64,000 nt of DNA from Coleofasciculus sp. B1-GNL1-01. GTDB taxonomy: Bacteria; Cyanobacteriota; Cyanobacteriia; Cyanobacteriales; Coleofasciculaceae. Positions 1 through 10,139 of the stretch are shown here, in pieces (position 1 is the stretch's first letter; the number at the start of each line of letters is the position of its first letter). The translations under genes were made by a program, and so were the position numbers. The stretch is taken from NCBI GenBank assembly GCA_040220235.1, contig JAVJTO010000030.1; one strand, written 5' to 3'. The notes beneath the pieces were generated by a model. The model saw nothing but the letters and a program-made list of their open reading frames with translations, was not told the DNA's origin and searched no databases.

Positions 1-933
1 CCCCAGCTTCACCGTAAAATCATTCATCTGATTATTTAGAAAAAACCCCGTATCCTTTGCCATCACCTTAGCGCCAAACAGGGAATTAATCGTATACGTA
101 ACCGCCACCGCATTGCCAAACTGATCCACAATAGAATAATGGGTCGTATGAGTGCCTTGAGGCATATCCTGCATCTGCAACGCCTGGGGATTCAACGCCC
201 TTTCCCCAATTTGTTCCCGAATCTGGGCTGCATACTCTTGACTCAACAGGCGCTTAACGGGAATCTCGACAAAATCCGGATCACCCAAAACCTGATTCCG
301 ATCCCGATAAGCAAATAGCGCCGCAGACAAAAAGGAATGCAGACTCTCCACCGAACCCCATCCCCACTCCCTCAGAGGATACCCCGCCAACACATTTAAC
401 ATCTGACACACCGTTACTCCCCCTCCCGGCGGTGGCGCCGTTACCACCTCATAGCCGCGATAAAAACAGCGCAACGGCGTATCCTGACGCACCCGATACC
501 GAGTAAAATCCTCTAAGGTGAGAATCCCGCCATTCTCCTGACTAGCTTGCACGATCGCCTGAGCTATTCTACCCTGATAAAATACCGAAGCTCCCGATCG
601 CGCGATCGCACTCAAGGTTTCCGCCAACTCCTCCTGAACCAACCGTTCCCCCACCTGAAAGGCTTCCCCCCCATCCAAAAAAATCGCCGCCACAGTCTCC
701 TGTTGACGGTTCATCGTACCATACTCCGATAACGCCCTATCCAAACCCGCCACCGTTCCCGGAACCCCTACCGCCAGATATCCCTGGGTACTTAACTTAG
801 GAATCACCTCCCCAGAATCATCCAAATACATATCCGCCGACGCCGCCAGTGGCGCAGTTTCCCGGAAATTCACAAACATGGATGCGATAATCAGAAGCAG
901 GATTTTCTTCTGGCGTGTGAGTTTTATTTGCAT
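1..933 (-). CDS. ggt: gamma-glutamyltransferase, runs off window start; carries two apparent in-frame internal deletions (possible pseudogene)
   Basis: Manual translation: MQIKLTRQKKILLLIIAS-MFVNFRETAP...AVGVPGTVAG...GTHTTHYSIVDQFGNAVAVTYTINSLFG...FLNNQMNDF. These are GGT motifs including the Thr nucleophile. Absent from the ORF track because it has no stop inside the window. Confidence 0.85.
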   Translation of the reverse strand, partial: MQIKLTRQKKILLLIIASMFVNFRETAPLAASADMYLDDSGEVIPKLSTQGYLAVGVPGTVAGLDRALSEYGTMNRQQETVAAIFLDGGEAFQVGERLVQEELAETLSAIARSGASVFYQGRIAQAIVQASQENGGILTLEDFTRYRVRQDTPLRCFYRGYEVVTAPPPGGGVTVCQMLNVLAGYPLREWGWGSVESLHSFLSAALFAYRDRNQVLGDPDFVEIPVKRLLSQEYAAQIREQIGERALNPQALQMQDMPQGTHTTHYSIVDQFGNAVAVTYTINSLFGAKVMAKDTGFFLNNQMNDFTVKLG

Positions 934-978
934 AAGGGATACCTAGCCGAGAGATATTAAACAGAAAACAGTTAACAT

Positions 979-1048
979 TGGTGGGTTACGGCGGATTGTT
1001 CATTAAAGGCTTATCGCTTTGGTTTAAGTTCCGCCTAACCCACCCTAC
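979..1048. repeat. REP-like palindromic repeat; further copies at 1279-1348, 2243-2312 and 56115-56182
   Basis: GGTGGGTTACGGCGGA...TTCCGCCTAACCCACCCTAC near-identical copies, ending in CTAC (GTAG on the minus strand). Confidence 0.85.
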
Positions 1049-1119
1049 GTTTTTTGAGGTGTGGTTGTCGGTTAGGTTGACGCAGGAAACCCAACCAAGT
1101 TTAGGATTATTGTCTGAAA

Positions 1120-1247
1120 TAAGCTGTAATGCATTTAAATTGGGTATTAGTAGCGAGCAAGATGCAAAGCCTGCGGCATGGCTTCGCTAAACGCACTACA
1201 AGGATCTCCCAATTCTTGACATTATGGTTTAAATGCCGAACAGCTTA
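1120..1247. mobile_element. 128-bp MITE (IS630/Tc1-mariner-like ends)
   Basis: Imperfect TIRs TAAGCTGTAATGCATTTAAA / TTTAAATGCCGAACAGCTTA; same-length copy at 61311-61438. Confidence 0.8.
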
Positions 1248-1392
1248 TTGATTCGATAATATTTTCCCCCGTTAATATTGGTGGGTTACGGCGGATTGTT
1301 CATTAAAGGTTTATCGCTTTGGTTTAAGTTCCGCCTAACCCACCCTACGTTACAATACAAGGTGGTGGAAAGCTAAAGGAATAATTACTCTG

Positions 1393-1659
1393 ATGACAAC
1401 GGAGACAATTTCTTTTCAAATTTCTCAAGATTTGCTCGCCGCTTTAAAAGTGGGTTCGCTGGAGTTAACCCAAAATCTGCGCTTGTTAGCAGCAATCACC
1501 TATTTTCAGGAGAAAAAATTATCTTTGGGCAAAGCCGCAGAACTGGCGGGAATTAATCGTTTAGAATTTATGGATGTTTTAGCGGCAAAAGGTATTATAG
1601 TTTTTGATTATGATGAATCCGTTTTAGAACACGAAATCCAAGGAATAAGTCAGTTATAA
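1393..1659 (+). CDS. UPF0175-family HTH protein, putative antitoxin
   Basis: 88 aa, LSLGKAAELAGINRLEFMDVL HTH motif; directly upstream of a PIN gene. Confidence 0.85.
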   Translation: MTTETISFQISQDLLAALKVGSLELTQNLRLLAAITYFQEKKLSLGKAAELAGINRLEFMDVLAAKGIIVFDYDESVLEHEIQGISQL

Positions 1660-1666
1660 ACAAACA

Positions 1667-2149
1667 ATGATTATCAGCAACGCCACACCTTTAATTGCTT
1701 TTGCAAAAATTAATCAGTTATCTTTATTGCGACAAATAGTTGGTGAGTTGACAATACCTGATGCTGTGGCTAAAGAAATATCAGATTATACTCGCAACAA
1801 AACTGGATTTATTGACTTAGAACAAGAGACTTGGATTAATCGTCAGACGATTACTGCTAAAGAACAACTCGCTTTACTACTGCCTAGCCTTGATCGAGGA
1901 GAAGCAGAAGTAATTACCTTGGCATTAGAAGAAAAGGCTAAACTTGTTTTAATTGATGAGTTAACGGGTAGAAAGGTAGCAGAGTCTCTCAATCTTAATG
2001 TTTCCGGTTCAGTTGGAATTTTGATTAAAGCGAAGCAATTAGGAGAGATTGAAGAAGTCAAACCATTTTTAGATGCGATGCTTAAACAAGGAATATATTT
2101 TAGTCAGAGGTTTATTGACGCTGTACTACAGTTAATGGGAGAAGCCTGA
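1667..2149 (+). CDS. DUF3368-family PIN-domain protein, putative toxin
   Basis: IISNATPLI, LDRGEAEVI, LIDELTGR, GSVGIL motifs. Confidence 0.85.
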   Translation: MIISNATPLIAFAKINQLSLLRQIVGELTIPDAVAKEISDYTRNKTGFIDLEQETWINRQTITAKEQLALLLPSLDRGEAEVITLALEEKAKLVLIDELTGRKVAESLNLNVSGSVGILIKAKQLGEIEEVKPFLDAMLKQGIYFSQRFIDAVLQLMGEA

Positions 2150-2440
2150 ATATGAGAGTCGGTTGGGTTGACTTAGGAAACCCACCAATATTAATGATTA
2201 TTCCTGACTTATTAATTAAATAATACACCGTCCCGTTAATATTGGTGGGTGACGGCGGATTGTTCATTAAATGGTTATTGCTTCGGTTTAAGTCCCGCCT
2301 AACCCACCCTACGTTTTTTTGATTCAAGTATTTTCCCCTGGCTCTTTTTTTTGAGAGAAAGGGGTTTTAATTTTGTTTGTTTTGTTATAACATTATTACA
2401 AGCAAGCAATACACTAATATGACATAAGGAAAAGAAGCCT

Positions 2441-3124
2441 ATGAAACCTTTACCGCCTCACTTTGACACCAGCTATACCGCTGAAACCTTTACCCAGCAA
2501 GGGTTAACGGAATTGGGGATTACTCAACTCCTGTCTCTACTCAAGCACTATCGCGATATTGATTTTGATGCGTCGCAAATGCACCTAACGGATGCTGAAG
2601 TCGATGCGATCGCCAAGCTATTTATTCAGCAGTTGATCGAAAGCCTCAACGGTAAACTCATCGCTGGCGCTTTAAATACCCTGCGCCATGGTGAGGAAAT
2701 AGAGGAGATTGAACCGATGAGTGAAGAGGATCAAAATGATCAAAATCTCTACTGTTATCCCACCCCTTCTCGCCATCGGATTGCGCCTCTATCTGTGCAT
2801 AGCCCAACTGGACGCTATAATCCCCAAGGGCGAAACTATCCCCGCCCAATTACTCAGCGGGAACAATACATCATTCACCTCTATTGTTACTGTGAATTAG
2901 GGATGACACCCAAACAGTTTTATGCCAAATGGGATGTCACTTATGAGCAACTTTCTCACATCTGTTCTCGTTCCCAGGGGACGGTTCAGAGTTGGTTTAA
3001 CCGAGGGAAAGGCTATCATCGTCCTCAACCCGTTGACTTGCGCCATCTGGCAATTATGGATTTTTTGTTAGAGCATTTTGAAGAGATACCTCAATCCTTG
3101 ATTAACCTTCTGTGTTCGTCTTGA
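2441..3124 (+). CDS. hypothetical protein with C-terminal helix-turn-helix domain
   Basis: 227 aa, RBS AAGGA; C-terminal FYAKWDVTYEQLSHICSRSQGTVQSWF is HTH-like. Confidence 0.6.
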   Translation: MKPLPPHFDTSYTAETFTQQGLTELGITQLLSLLKHYRDIDFDASQMHLTDAEVDAIAKLFIQQLIESLNGKLIAGALNTLRHGEEIEEIEPMSEEDQNDQNLYCYPTPSRHRIAPLSVHSPTGRYNPQGRNYPRPITQREQYIIHLYCYCELGMTPKQFYAKWDVTYEQLSHICSRSQGTVQSWFNRGKGYHRPQPVDLRHLAIMDFLLEHFEEIPQSLINLLCSS

Positions 3125-3165
3125 TAGCACAAACGCCAATAAGGGAGACGCGCCATGGCGCGTCT

Positions 3166-5631
3166 CTACAAGGGACGCCACAATTTAATCGTCTTATCCT
3201 CACTCCCACTGGCAAGGAGTCCATCAGCACCAATGGCAAGGGCGTATACTGGGGCGGTATGATCCTCAAGGGTTTGCATGAGTTCTCCCCGATGCAGATG
3301 CCAAATCTTGATTGTTTTGTCCTCACTCCCACTGATGAGATAGTCACCATCGAGACTCAGCGCGATCGCATACACGGCTCCTGTATGATCAGTTAATGTA
3401 GTCAGGAGTTTTCCCGTCTCAAAATCCCATAGTTTAATCGTCTTATCTTCACTTCCACTGACAATCGTTTGTCCATCAGGACTAATCGCCACCGCCCTGA
3501 CACTGGCTTTATGTCCACTCAGCGTCCGTAATAATTCCCCGGTTGCCAATTTCCATATCTTAACTGTCTTATCCCCACTTCCACTCACTAAACTTTGACC
3601 ATCGGGACTAATCGCCAGGGAATACACCCATTCTTTATGCCCAAATAGCGTGCGGAAGGGTTCTCCTGTGTTTAAATTCCATAACTTAATTTTGTGGGAA
3701 CCACTCGCCAGGGTGTGATTATCCGGACTAATCGCTAGGGAATGAATTTGCTTGCGATGTCCAGAAAGCGTCCACAGCAGTTTACCCTGATGTAGATTCC
3801 AGACTTTAATATAACTGCGATTTTTCGACTGATCGCTACTGGCTAAAATCTGCCCATCCCGGCTAAGGGTAAGGGTTAAAACTCCACCAGAATGCCCATT
3901 TAATTGCTGAATAGGTGTCGAATTCAGCCTGATAATATCCCAAATCTTAATCCTACTATCACCCCCACAGCTTAACAGGGTGCGTCCATGGGGATGAATC
4001 GCGATCGCCTGGACTTTACCACTGAGTCCGGTGAACGTAGAGATTAAGCTTAGATTAGCAAACGTCTGCGACTGTTGACGAGCTGCGATCGCCTCTAGCA
4101 ACTCCTGAACTTGATTTGCCCCTTGTTCATCCCCCACGGCGGCTAAACAGGATTGTAGCATCTGGCAATAGTGGTGATCCTGTTGGGTTAATACCAATCG
4201 CATGGCTTCAAATGCCTGTAAGCCTTCTCGATGGGGCTGTTTCCGTTGTTGCAGCCATGCTTTCACCGAGAACTTAATTTGTGTAGTTGCCCAAGATTTA
4301 TCGGGTAAACAGGTTAAACTCTGTGCTAGTTTTAAACTCAGTTCCGGTTCCCAGTAAGGGCGTTCACTAATAAGGGATTGTAACACCTCTTGATAAATTG
4401 AAAGCGTGGTTTGCATCACCACTTGGACTAAATTCGGATCAGGGACTTCCGCAATTAATGGCGGTAATAATTCCGGCAAAAGCGGCGGTACATCCGAGTG
4501 AACCAGATGATGAATATCCGCCACCCAGCCCGCCACCAAACAGTGACAGGTACTTAAAAACTGGCAAAAGTTGTCCCAGTCGCGACGGTTCACTTTATAG
4601 GGAAAAATCAATTCCCCCGGATCAATCCCAGCTTGCTGTAATTCCTCGGCTTCTTCCAAGTAGGCTAAATTAATCGCATTGTCGCCACCTTTGGCATTAA
4701 TATCCTCAATACTCTTTCCCAATGCCAGGAGTTTGTCTCGCGTGGTTTTCCATTTCAACGCCCTGGCTTTTGTTGATTCATAGATAAACTCTCGATAGGA
4801 GAACTTACATAAGGTTGAATAGCAATAACTGTCCTGTCCCAATCCCCAATAAGCGAGGCGAAAAATCAGAAAATCGCCATCAATTTCTGATTCTAAAATT
4901 AAGGTAGGTTCAGATTTCAATAAACTAAACAGCGCCTTAATACTCGATTCACTATGAAACCGCTTACTCTCCCACGCCCCGCCTAAAAATTCAGTGGGTC
5001 TCACTTGAGAATGCAGGGGATAATGTTGACTTAAGAATTCTCGCAGTCGTTGCGCCAAACCCAGTTCAATATCTGGCACTTGTGAGTTCATTTCCCCAAA
5101 CCGTTCAAACTGAACCTGGGGAGGGGCAATAAAAATTCGTAGCGGAATCGGGCGATTGGGGCGATGGGGTTCGAGGAGTTGGGAGGGAAACAGGCGGAGG
5201 GGCCAATGATCGAGGATTTTATGGACTTCCGGTAACTGGAGGGTGGTTTCCCGTTGATAGGCGGCGAGTTTGAATAGGGTTTGGCGATGTTCGGCGACGA
5301 GTTGCTGCTGAAGGGCTTTCTGTTGCTGGAAGCGCTGCTGTTCTAGGTGATCCGTTTCATCTACGGTTTGCGCGATCGCGTTGATCACATCTGGCAGTTT
5401 ATTGGCGAAATGTTGCCCCATTGCCACCAGTTTTTCCCCTTGAGGGGGTTGATCGACCCCCTGATAGGGTAATATAAGAGGTTTGGGTTCAGATGTTGGT
5501 TTTTCGTTTAAGGGTATACCATTAAATTGATTGGTCGTTTTCAGATAGACCAGGGTCTTAAAAACAGGGACAGCCCATTGCAGAAGTAATTTTAACCACG
5601 GCTCCATAATAGTTATCTCTAGAGGCAACAT
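3166..5631 (-). CDS. WD40-repeat protein with long uncharacterised N-terminal domain
   Basis: About seven GH...WD/W repeats in the last ~300 aa. Confidence 0.9.
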   Translation of the reverse strand: MLPLEITIMEPWLKLLLQWAVPVFKTLVYLKTTNQFNGIPLNEKPTSEPKPLILPYQGVDQPPQGEKLVAMGQHFANKLPDVINAIAQTVDETDHLEQQRFQQQKALQQQLVAEHRQTLFKLAAYQRETTLQLPEVHKILDHWPLRLFPSQLLEPHRPNRPIPLRIFIAPPQVQFERFGEMNSQVPDIELGLAQRLREFLSQHYPLHSQVRPTEFLGGAWESKRFHSESSIKALFSLLKSEPTLILESEIDGDFLIFRLAYWGLGQDSYCYSTLCKFSYREFIYESTKARALKWKTTRDKLLALGKSIEDINAKGGDNAINLAYLEEAEELQQAGIDPGELIFPYKVNRRDWDNFCQFLSTCHCLVAGWVADIHHLVHSDVPPLLPELLPPLIAEVPDPNLVQVVMQTTLSIYQEVLQSLISERPYWEPELSLKLAQSLTCLPDKSWATTQIKFSVKAWLQQRKQPHREGLQAFEAMRLVLTQQDHHYCQMLQSCLAAVGDEQGANQVQELLEAIAARQQSQTFANLSLISTFTGLSGKVQAIAIHPHGRTLLSCGGDSRIKIWDIIRLNSTPIQQLNGHSGGVLTLTLSRDGQILASSDQSKNRSYIKVWNLHQGKLLWTLSGHRKQIHSLAISPDNHTLASGSHKIKLWNLNTGEPFRTLFGHKEWVYSLAISPDGQSLVSGSGDKTVKIWKLATGELLRTLSGHKASVRAVAISPDGQTIVSGSEDKTIKLWDFETGKLLTTLTDHTGAVYAIALSLDGDYLISGSEDKTIKIWHLHRGELMQTLEDHTAPVYALAIGADGLLASGSEDKTIKLWRPL

Positions 5632-5830
5632 TGACCTGAATAGTCAGGACTGACGCTTGCTGTACCGTTGAACCACTATCTGTAGGGAACATATTGTACC
5701 TCTACTCCAGGCTTATGCAAGTCATATCAGGATTGATCCAGTTTTCGCAAAATCTAAGGATAGCAGGGATAGGTCATACCCCCATGTCAACAAAAACACG
5801 ATCAGCACAGCGGAAGCCAAATAAACCTGA

Positions 5831-5986
5831 TAAGTGGGTGGACACAATTAAAGTTAACGGTTGAGATTAGGGAACAGGGAACACCTCGACTTCGCTCGGT
5901 GTGTCACAGGGAACAGGGAACAGTAAGAGTTTGAGGGTTATTTACAAAACTTAGTACAGTGCCGTTTTCTTTTGTCCGACTACTTA
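5831..5986. mobile_element. MITE with GGGAACA heptamers
   Basis: TIRs TAAGTGGGTGGACA / TGTCCGACTACTTA; related ends at 53033-53264; related left part near 57873. Confidence 0.65.
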
Positions 5987-6114
5987 TAGCACTACGCACA
6001 CACGTTAGGACAAAATCAAGAAAAATTAAAATCGCTCAATCCCTTTTCAGGTAAGCTTTTGTCTTCACTATTGCCTATTGCCTATTGCAAGAAAGCCTAG
6101 CGCGTAGCGCTATA
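5985..6114. mobile_element. MITE abutting the previous one at a shared TA
   Basis: TIRs TATAGCACTACGC / GCGTAGCGCTATA; relative at 40592-40698. Confidence 0.65.
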
Positions 6115-6187
6115 CCACTGAGGTACACAGACAGATCCCCGACTTTTTGGAGAAGTCGGGGATCTTGCTTAGGTCAAGTTTGATTCA

Positions 6188-7183
6188 TTACCGTTCTGTC
6201 GCCACAGCTTGAGTCGAGACGGTTTCAGTTAAATTGGCTGGAGAATTGGCTCGAATAGCGCGAAACATGCCAAATCGACAAAGCCCAGAACCGAAGGCTA
6301 GCCGCATTAATAAAATTGTCGGCACTTCTCGCACAGACTTGATAAAACCGGATAGACCAAACTGTAGCCATCCCTGGGGTCGAACGATGCCTTGCCAGAT
6401 AGTATCAAGCCAAGATGGAAGCGTTTCCTCTGTCCAATCTGCGGTTGCTACATTACCCTCAACCAGTCCGGTTTCTTGCAACCGTTCCGAAAACCCTTCA
6501 ATGCTGGAAAACGCCGGATGAGACCACTGATCCAAGAGTTGCTGCATCACCGGACGCTCCCAAAAATTAAGTGGTTTCTGGCGATCATCCCGTTGATTCC
6601 AGTCAGCAACAACCAGAATACCACCAGGTTTGAGTACCCGGATTAATTCTTTGGCAAAAAGTGCTTTATCGGGAATATGAGGACCCACTTCAATTGACCA
6701 AACCACATCAAAACTGGCATCTGGGAAAGACATTGCCATGGCATCATCGACTAAAAATCTCGCATCTAAGTCCTTTGGTGTTAACTCCTGAGCGCGTTTT
6801 ATTTGTTGAGGACTGATGCTAATTCCGGTTACGGCAAACCCGTACTCCCGTGCTAAAATACGACTGCTGCCGCCAATGCCACACCCGACATCTAAAACAG
6901 TGGTTCCTGGGGGTAATTTATCGAGTCCTCCCCAACGCACCATTTCATGCACAAAATCTGATTTTGCGGCTAAAAAATCCTTGGGTTGAGGCGGTGAGCC
7001 ATAATGCCCTAAGTGAATATGTTCGCCCCAATAAAACTCTAAAATACCATCTTCTGTCCATTGGTCGTAAGAATTGACCACCGATTCAGAGGATTGATAG
7101 CGGCGACCCGTAACCAGATAGAGTAGGATCGCGATCGCGAAGAGTCCTAGCAGTAGTCCCAGAAGCGGAAAAAAGAAATTCAT
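6188..7183 (-). CDS. MPBQ/MSBQ methyltransferase (tocopherol/plastoquinone synthesis, Sll0418-like)
   Basis: YWGEHIHLGHY, VLDVGCGIGGSSR SAM motif, DQWSHPAFSSIEGF. Confidence 0.9.
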   Translation of the reverse strand: MNFFFPLLGLLLGLFAIAILLYLVTGRRYQSSESVVNSYDQWTEDGILEFYWGEHIHLGHYGSPPQPKDFLAAKSDFVHEMVRWGGLDKLPPGTTVLDVGCGIGGSSRILAREYGFAVTGISISPQQIKRAQELTPKDLDARFLVDDAMAMSFPDASFDVVWSIEVGPHIPDKALFAKELIRVLKPGGILVVADWNQRDDRQKPLNFWERPVMQQLLDQWSHPAFSSIEGFSERLQETGLVEGNVATADWTEETLPSWLDTIWQGIVRPQGWLQFGLSGFIKSVREVPTILLMRLAFGSGLCRFGMFRAIRANSPANLTETVSTQAVATER

Positions 7184-7408
7184 TAACGTTAAACCCTCAA
7201 AATTTTGACCCTGTTGATAATCGGGTTCAGAGTTGCCTGATTAACCCACGTTATAATAACGGGCGGGTTTGATTTACAGGTTATCGGTAGATACCAAAAT
7301 TAAACGACTAAACCCGCCCCTACAATTAACTTATTTTAACGGCTATGATTGAATTGGGTATTTCCTGTTCCCTGTTCCCCGTTCCCTGTTCCCCCCACGA
7401 TCACGATT

Positions 7409-10045
7409 TCAACCCTCACACTGCTTCTGACAAGCATCTAAATAAATTTGAGCGACTTGATCAACGGGATTAATCTGTAAACACTCTTGAAAAATTGGGG
7501 CGGCTTCTTCAAATAAATGTTTACTATACAGAAATAAAGCCTTCTCAAAATCAGGCTTCGTCATTAACTTGACCGAGCGTAGTTCTGGTGGATCTGCCTC
7601 AAATATTTCAAAAACAGAGACCATTTCACTTTTACCCTTAACCTGGACTTGACCGATGATCCGGAAGGCATATTCAACCGGATGATTTAGCTGTAAAAAC
7701 GTGTGGTGAGAAATTAATAAGGATACCCCATACTCTTTCGTAAGCTGTTCTAAGCGAGCGGCTAAATTGACCGCATCACTAATCACTGTACCATCCATGC
7801 GATTGTGTCCGCCCACGGTTCCCAGCATCAGCGAACCGGTGTTAATCCCAATCCCAATCTGAATCGGGGGACGATCCGGGCGTCGCCGCGTTTTATTATA
7901 ATCAGTCAACCGATTTAACATATCAATTCCGGCGCGAACCGCATCATCCGCACTACCATTAAATAGCGCCATAATCGCATCACCGATATATTTATCAATA
8001 AAGCCATCATGTTCGACAATCGCAGGTTCCATGCGCGACAGATAGGCGTTGATAAATTTAAAATTATCCTCTAAACTCATCCGTTCGGAGAGGGTGGTGA
8101 AGGAACGAATGTCCGAAAATAAAATCGACATTTCCTTCTGCACTGCCTCGCCCAGTTCTACATCGACAATACTTTTCTTGTCCAGCAATTTCAGGAAATT
8201 TTCCGGAACAAACCGTTCATAGGCTTGATTCAGTTGCAAGAGTTGAGCCGTGAAATCCTTGCGTTCAATTTCAGCTTTTTTACGTTCAGTAATATCTTGA
8301 AACGCCGCGATCGCAAACGTCACTTTGCCCCCTTCATCAAAAATTGGGATACCCCAAGCTTCAATGGGAATAATCTGATCGCCTTGGTGAATTTCAATGT
8401 CATCAGCCGTGGCGCTTTCTCCCATTAACGCTTGCACTACGGGCAATAAGTCCGCCGGATAGAGTTGTTCAGTTCCAGCAATATAAAATTGATAGACCTC
8501 AGCAAATTGTTCAGCAAAGGTATCAGGAACCACACCTTTGCCAATTAACTGTTGCGCCCGTTGATTCAGGTAATAGGTTTTTCCGGTTGCATCTAATACC
8601 GCTACCCCAACCGGAACCGCTTCCAGAAATTGGGCTAAGCGGCGTTCACTTTCCCGTGCAGCTTCTTCAGCTTGTTGATGTAACTCCTCCTCAATCGCAT
8701 CAGAATGAGCCGTCGTGGTTTCCAGTAATATTTCTAAGTCAGCATTGTGGCGCTGCAATTCCCAGGTTTGGTATAGTGCGATCGCCATTGATGATCCGAT
8801 TAACGCCACAAGCGGCGAAACCACGGGCAACCACCAATTAGCCAGAAACGCCCCATAACTCCCCACCACCAGAATACTACCCATGAAGAACGTGCCGAAA
8901 CCAACAACCACCCATCGGGGAAAAATCCTATCCGCCAACTGGTTTGCCTGCTGAAGTTTCCAACTTCCTCCCGCACCAATAAAAGACCAGACTACAATCC
9001 ATAACCACTCGACTGGATCAATCCAAATTGTCAGCCAAGACGGTTGGTTTATTCTATCAATGAAGGGAATTAAAGGGCGTCCATCAATCGCCTTAATTAA
9101 AGGGCGTCCCGCCATCGCCCCACTAATAATCTGACTGGCGATATTGGCATGAATAATCACGCCCGGTGTTTGCTGACGCGAACCGATGGTATTTTGACTA
9201 TAGGGTGTAAAAAATAAGTCGTTCGCACTTTGTCCGGTAGCGCCAATCAGAACAATGCGATCGCGCATCAAATCCGGTGGTATTCGATTCTCTAAAATAT
9301 CAGCAATGGATACAGTTTGAAAGTTCTCTCTCGGTCCGCGATAGTTTAAGAGGATCTGATAGCCACCCACATCGGCATTAACATAGCCACCTTCATTCCC
9401 CGTCAATGGCACAAATTCCGCCTTACCCAACTGTAAATGACTCTTGGCTTCATCCGTCATTTGCAGGGTAATCCCTTCGGCGTCTAGATACATCAACGCC
9501 AGCTTTACCCCTAATCCCAAGTGGATAGACTCATCGTCTAATTGCACAGACAGCAATCCGCGACGAACTTTGCCATCCGCATCCAAGACTAAATCAGCCA
9601 TCGCCACTTGATCCAGTTGTTTGAGGGTTGGCGATGGTGCAACTGTCTCTCCGACAACTTTTTCCACACCAATCAGATTTGGTGTGGACTTAAACACCTC
9701 AACTAATTCCTGATGACCCGGTTCGACTGGCAAATCACGGTACAAATCCAAGCCAATCGCCCTAGGCTGTTGGGCGTTTATTTTTCTAAGTAACTGGGCT
9801 AAAACAGCATCAGGAATGGGCCACGTCCCGATCTGGGTAATATCAGACTCATCAATGGTGATCACCAGAATGCGGGGATCAACTGGTTCTTGGGGACGCT
9901 GCTGAAAAAATTGGTCAAGTGTTGCCCATTCGAGAAGCTGAAACGAACCCGTCCAAGCTGTAGCGATCACCAACCCGGCGACAGTGGGGGCAGTGATCAG
10001 TACCCCTTGCCATTTAGAAATATGCTGCTTGAGCTTTTGCCACAT
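7409..10045 (-). CDS. CHASE2-TM-PAS class III adenylate cyclase
   Basis: CHASE2 (IGLDLYRDLP, DADGKVRR, PGVIIHAN), three TM helices, PAS, cyclase motifs FSDIRSFT, DKYIGDAIM, MDGTVISDAVNLAARLE (Lys/Asp imply ATP specificity). Confidence 0.9.
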   Translation of the reverse strand: MWQKLKQHISKWQGVLITAPTVAGLVIATAWTGSFQLLEWATLDQFFQQRPQEPVDPRILVITIDESDITQIGTWPIPDAVLAQLLRKINAQQPRAIGLDLYRDLPVEPGHQELVEVFKSTPNLIGVEKVVGETVAPSPTLKQLDQVAMADLVLDADGKVRRGLLSVQLDDESIHLGLGVKLALMYLDAEGITLQMTDEAKSHLQLGKAEFVPLTGNEGGYVNADVGGYQILLNYRGPRENFQTVSIADILENRIPPDLMRDRIVLIGATGQSANDLFFTPYSQNTIGSRQQTPGVIIHANIASQIISGAMAGRPLIKAIDGRPLIPFIDRINQPSWLTIWIDPVEWLWIVVWSFIGAGGSWKLQQANQLADRIFPRWVVVGFGTFFMGSILVVGSYGAFLANWWLPVVSPLVALIGSSMAIALYQTWELQRHNADLEILLETTTAHSDAIEEELHQQAEEAARESERRLAQFLEAVPVGVAVLDATGKTYYLNQRAQQLIGKGVVPDTFAEQFAEVYQFYIAGTEQLYPADLLPVVQALMGESATADDIEIHQGDQIIPIEAWGIPIFDEGGKVTFAIAAFQDITERKKAEIERKDFTAQLLQLNQAYERFVPENFLKLLDKKSIVDVELGEAVQKEMSILFSDIRSFTTLSERMSLEDNFKFINAYLSRMEPAIVEHDGFIDKYIGDAIMALFNGSADDAVRAGIDMLNRLTDYNKTRRRPDRPPIQIGIGINTGSLMLGTVGGHNRMDGTVISDAVNLAARLEQLTKEYGVSLLISHHTFLQLNHPVEYAFRIIGQVQVKGKSEMVSVFEIFEADPPELRSVKLMTKPDFEKALFLYSKHLFEEAAPIFQECLQINPVDQVAQIYLDACQKQCEG

Positions 10046-10139
10046 TTAGGATTAGCAACCAAAATTAACATGAGTAGTCCCCTGATTGCTATGGCGAATC
10101 ATTCTCTATTCCTTACTGTAGCTCAACTCAAGCTGAGTC

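Noticed and set aside
979..2312. Repeated ~70-bp units as a CRISPR array
   Set aside because: Too long, irregularly spaced, separated by genes, no cas genes; REP-like
9068..9110. GRPLI duplication in the cyclase gene
   Set aside because: Short local in-frame duplication in a linker; no evidence of wider significance
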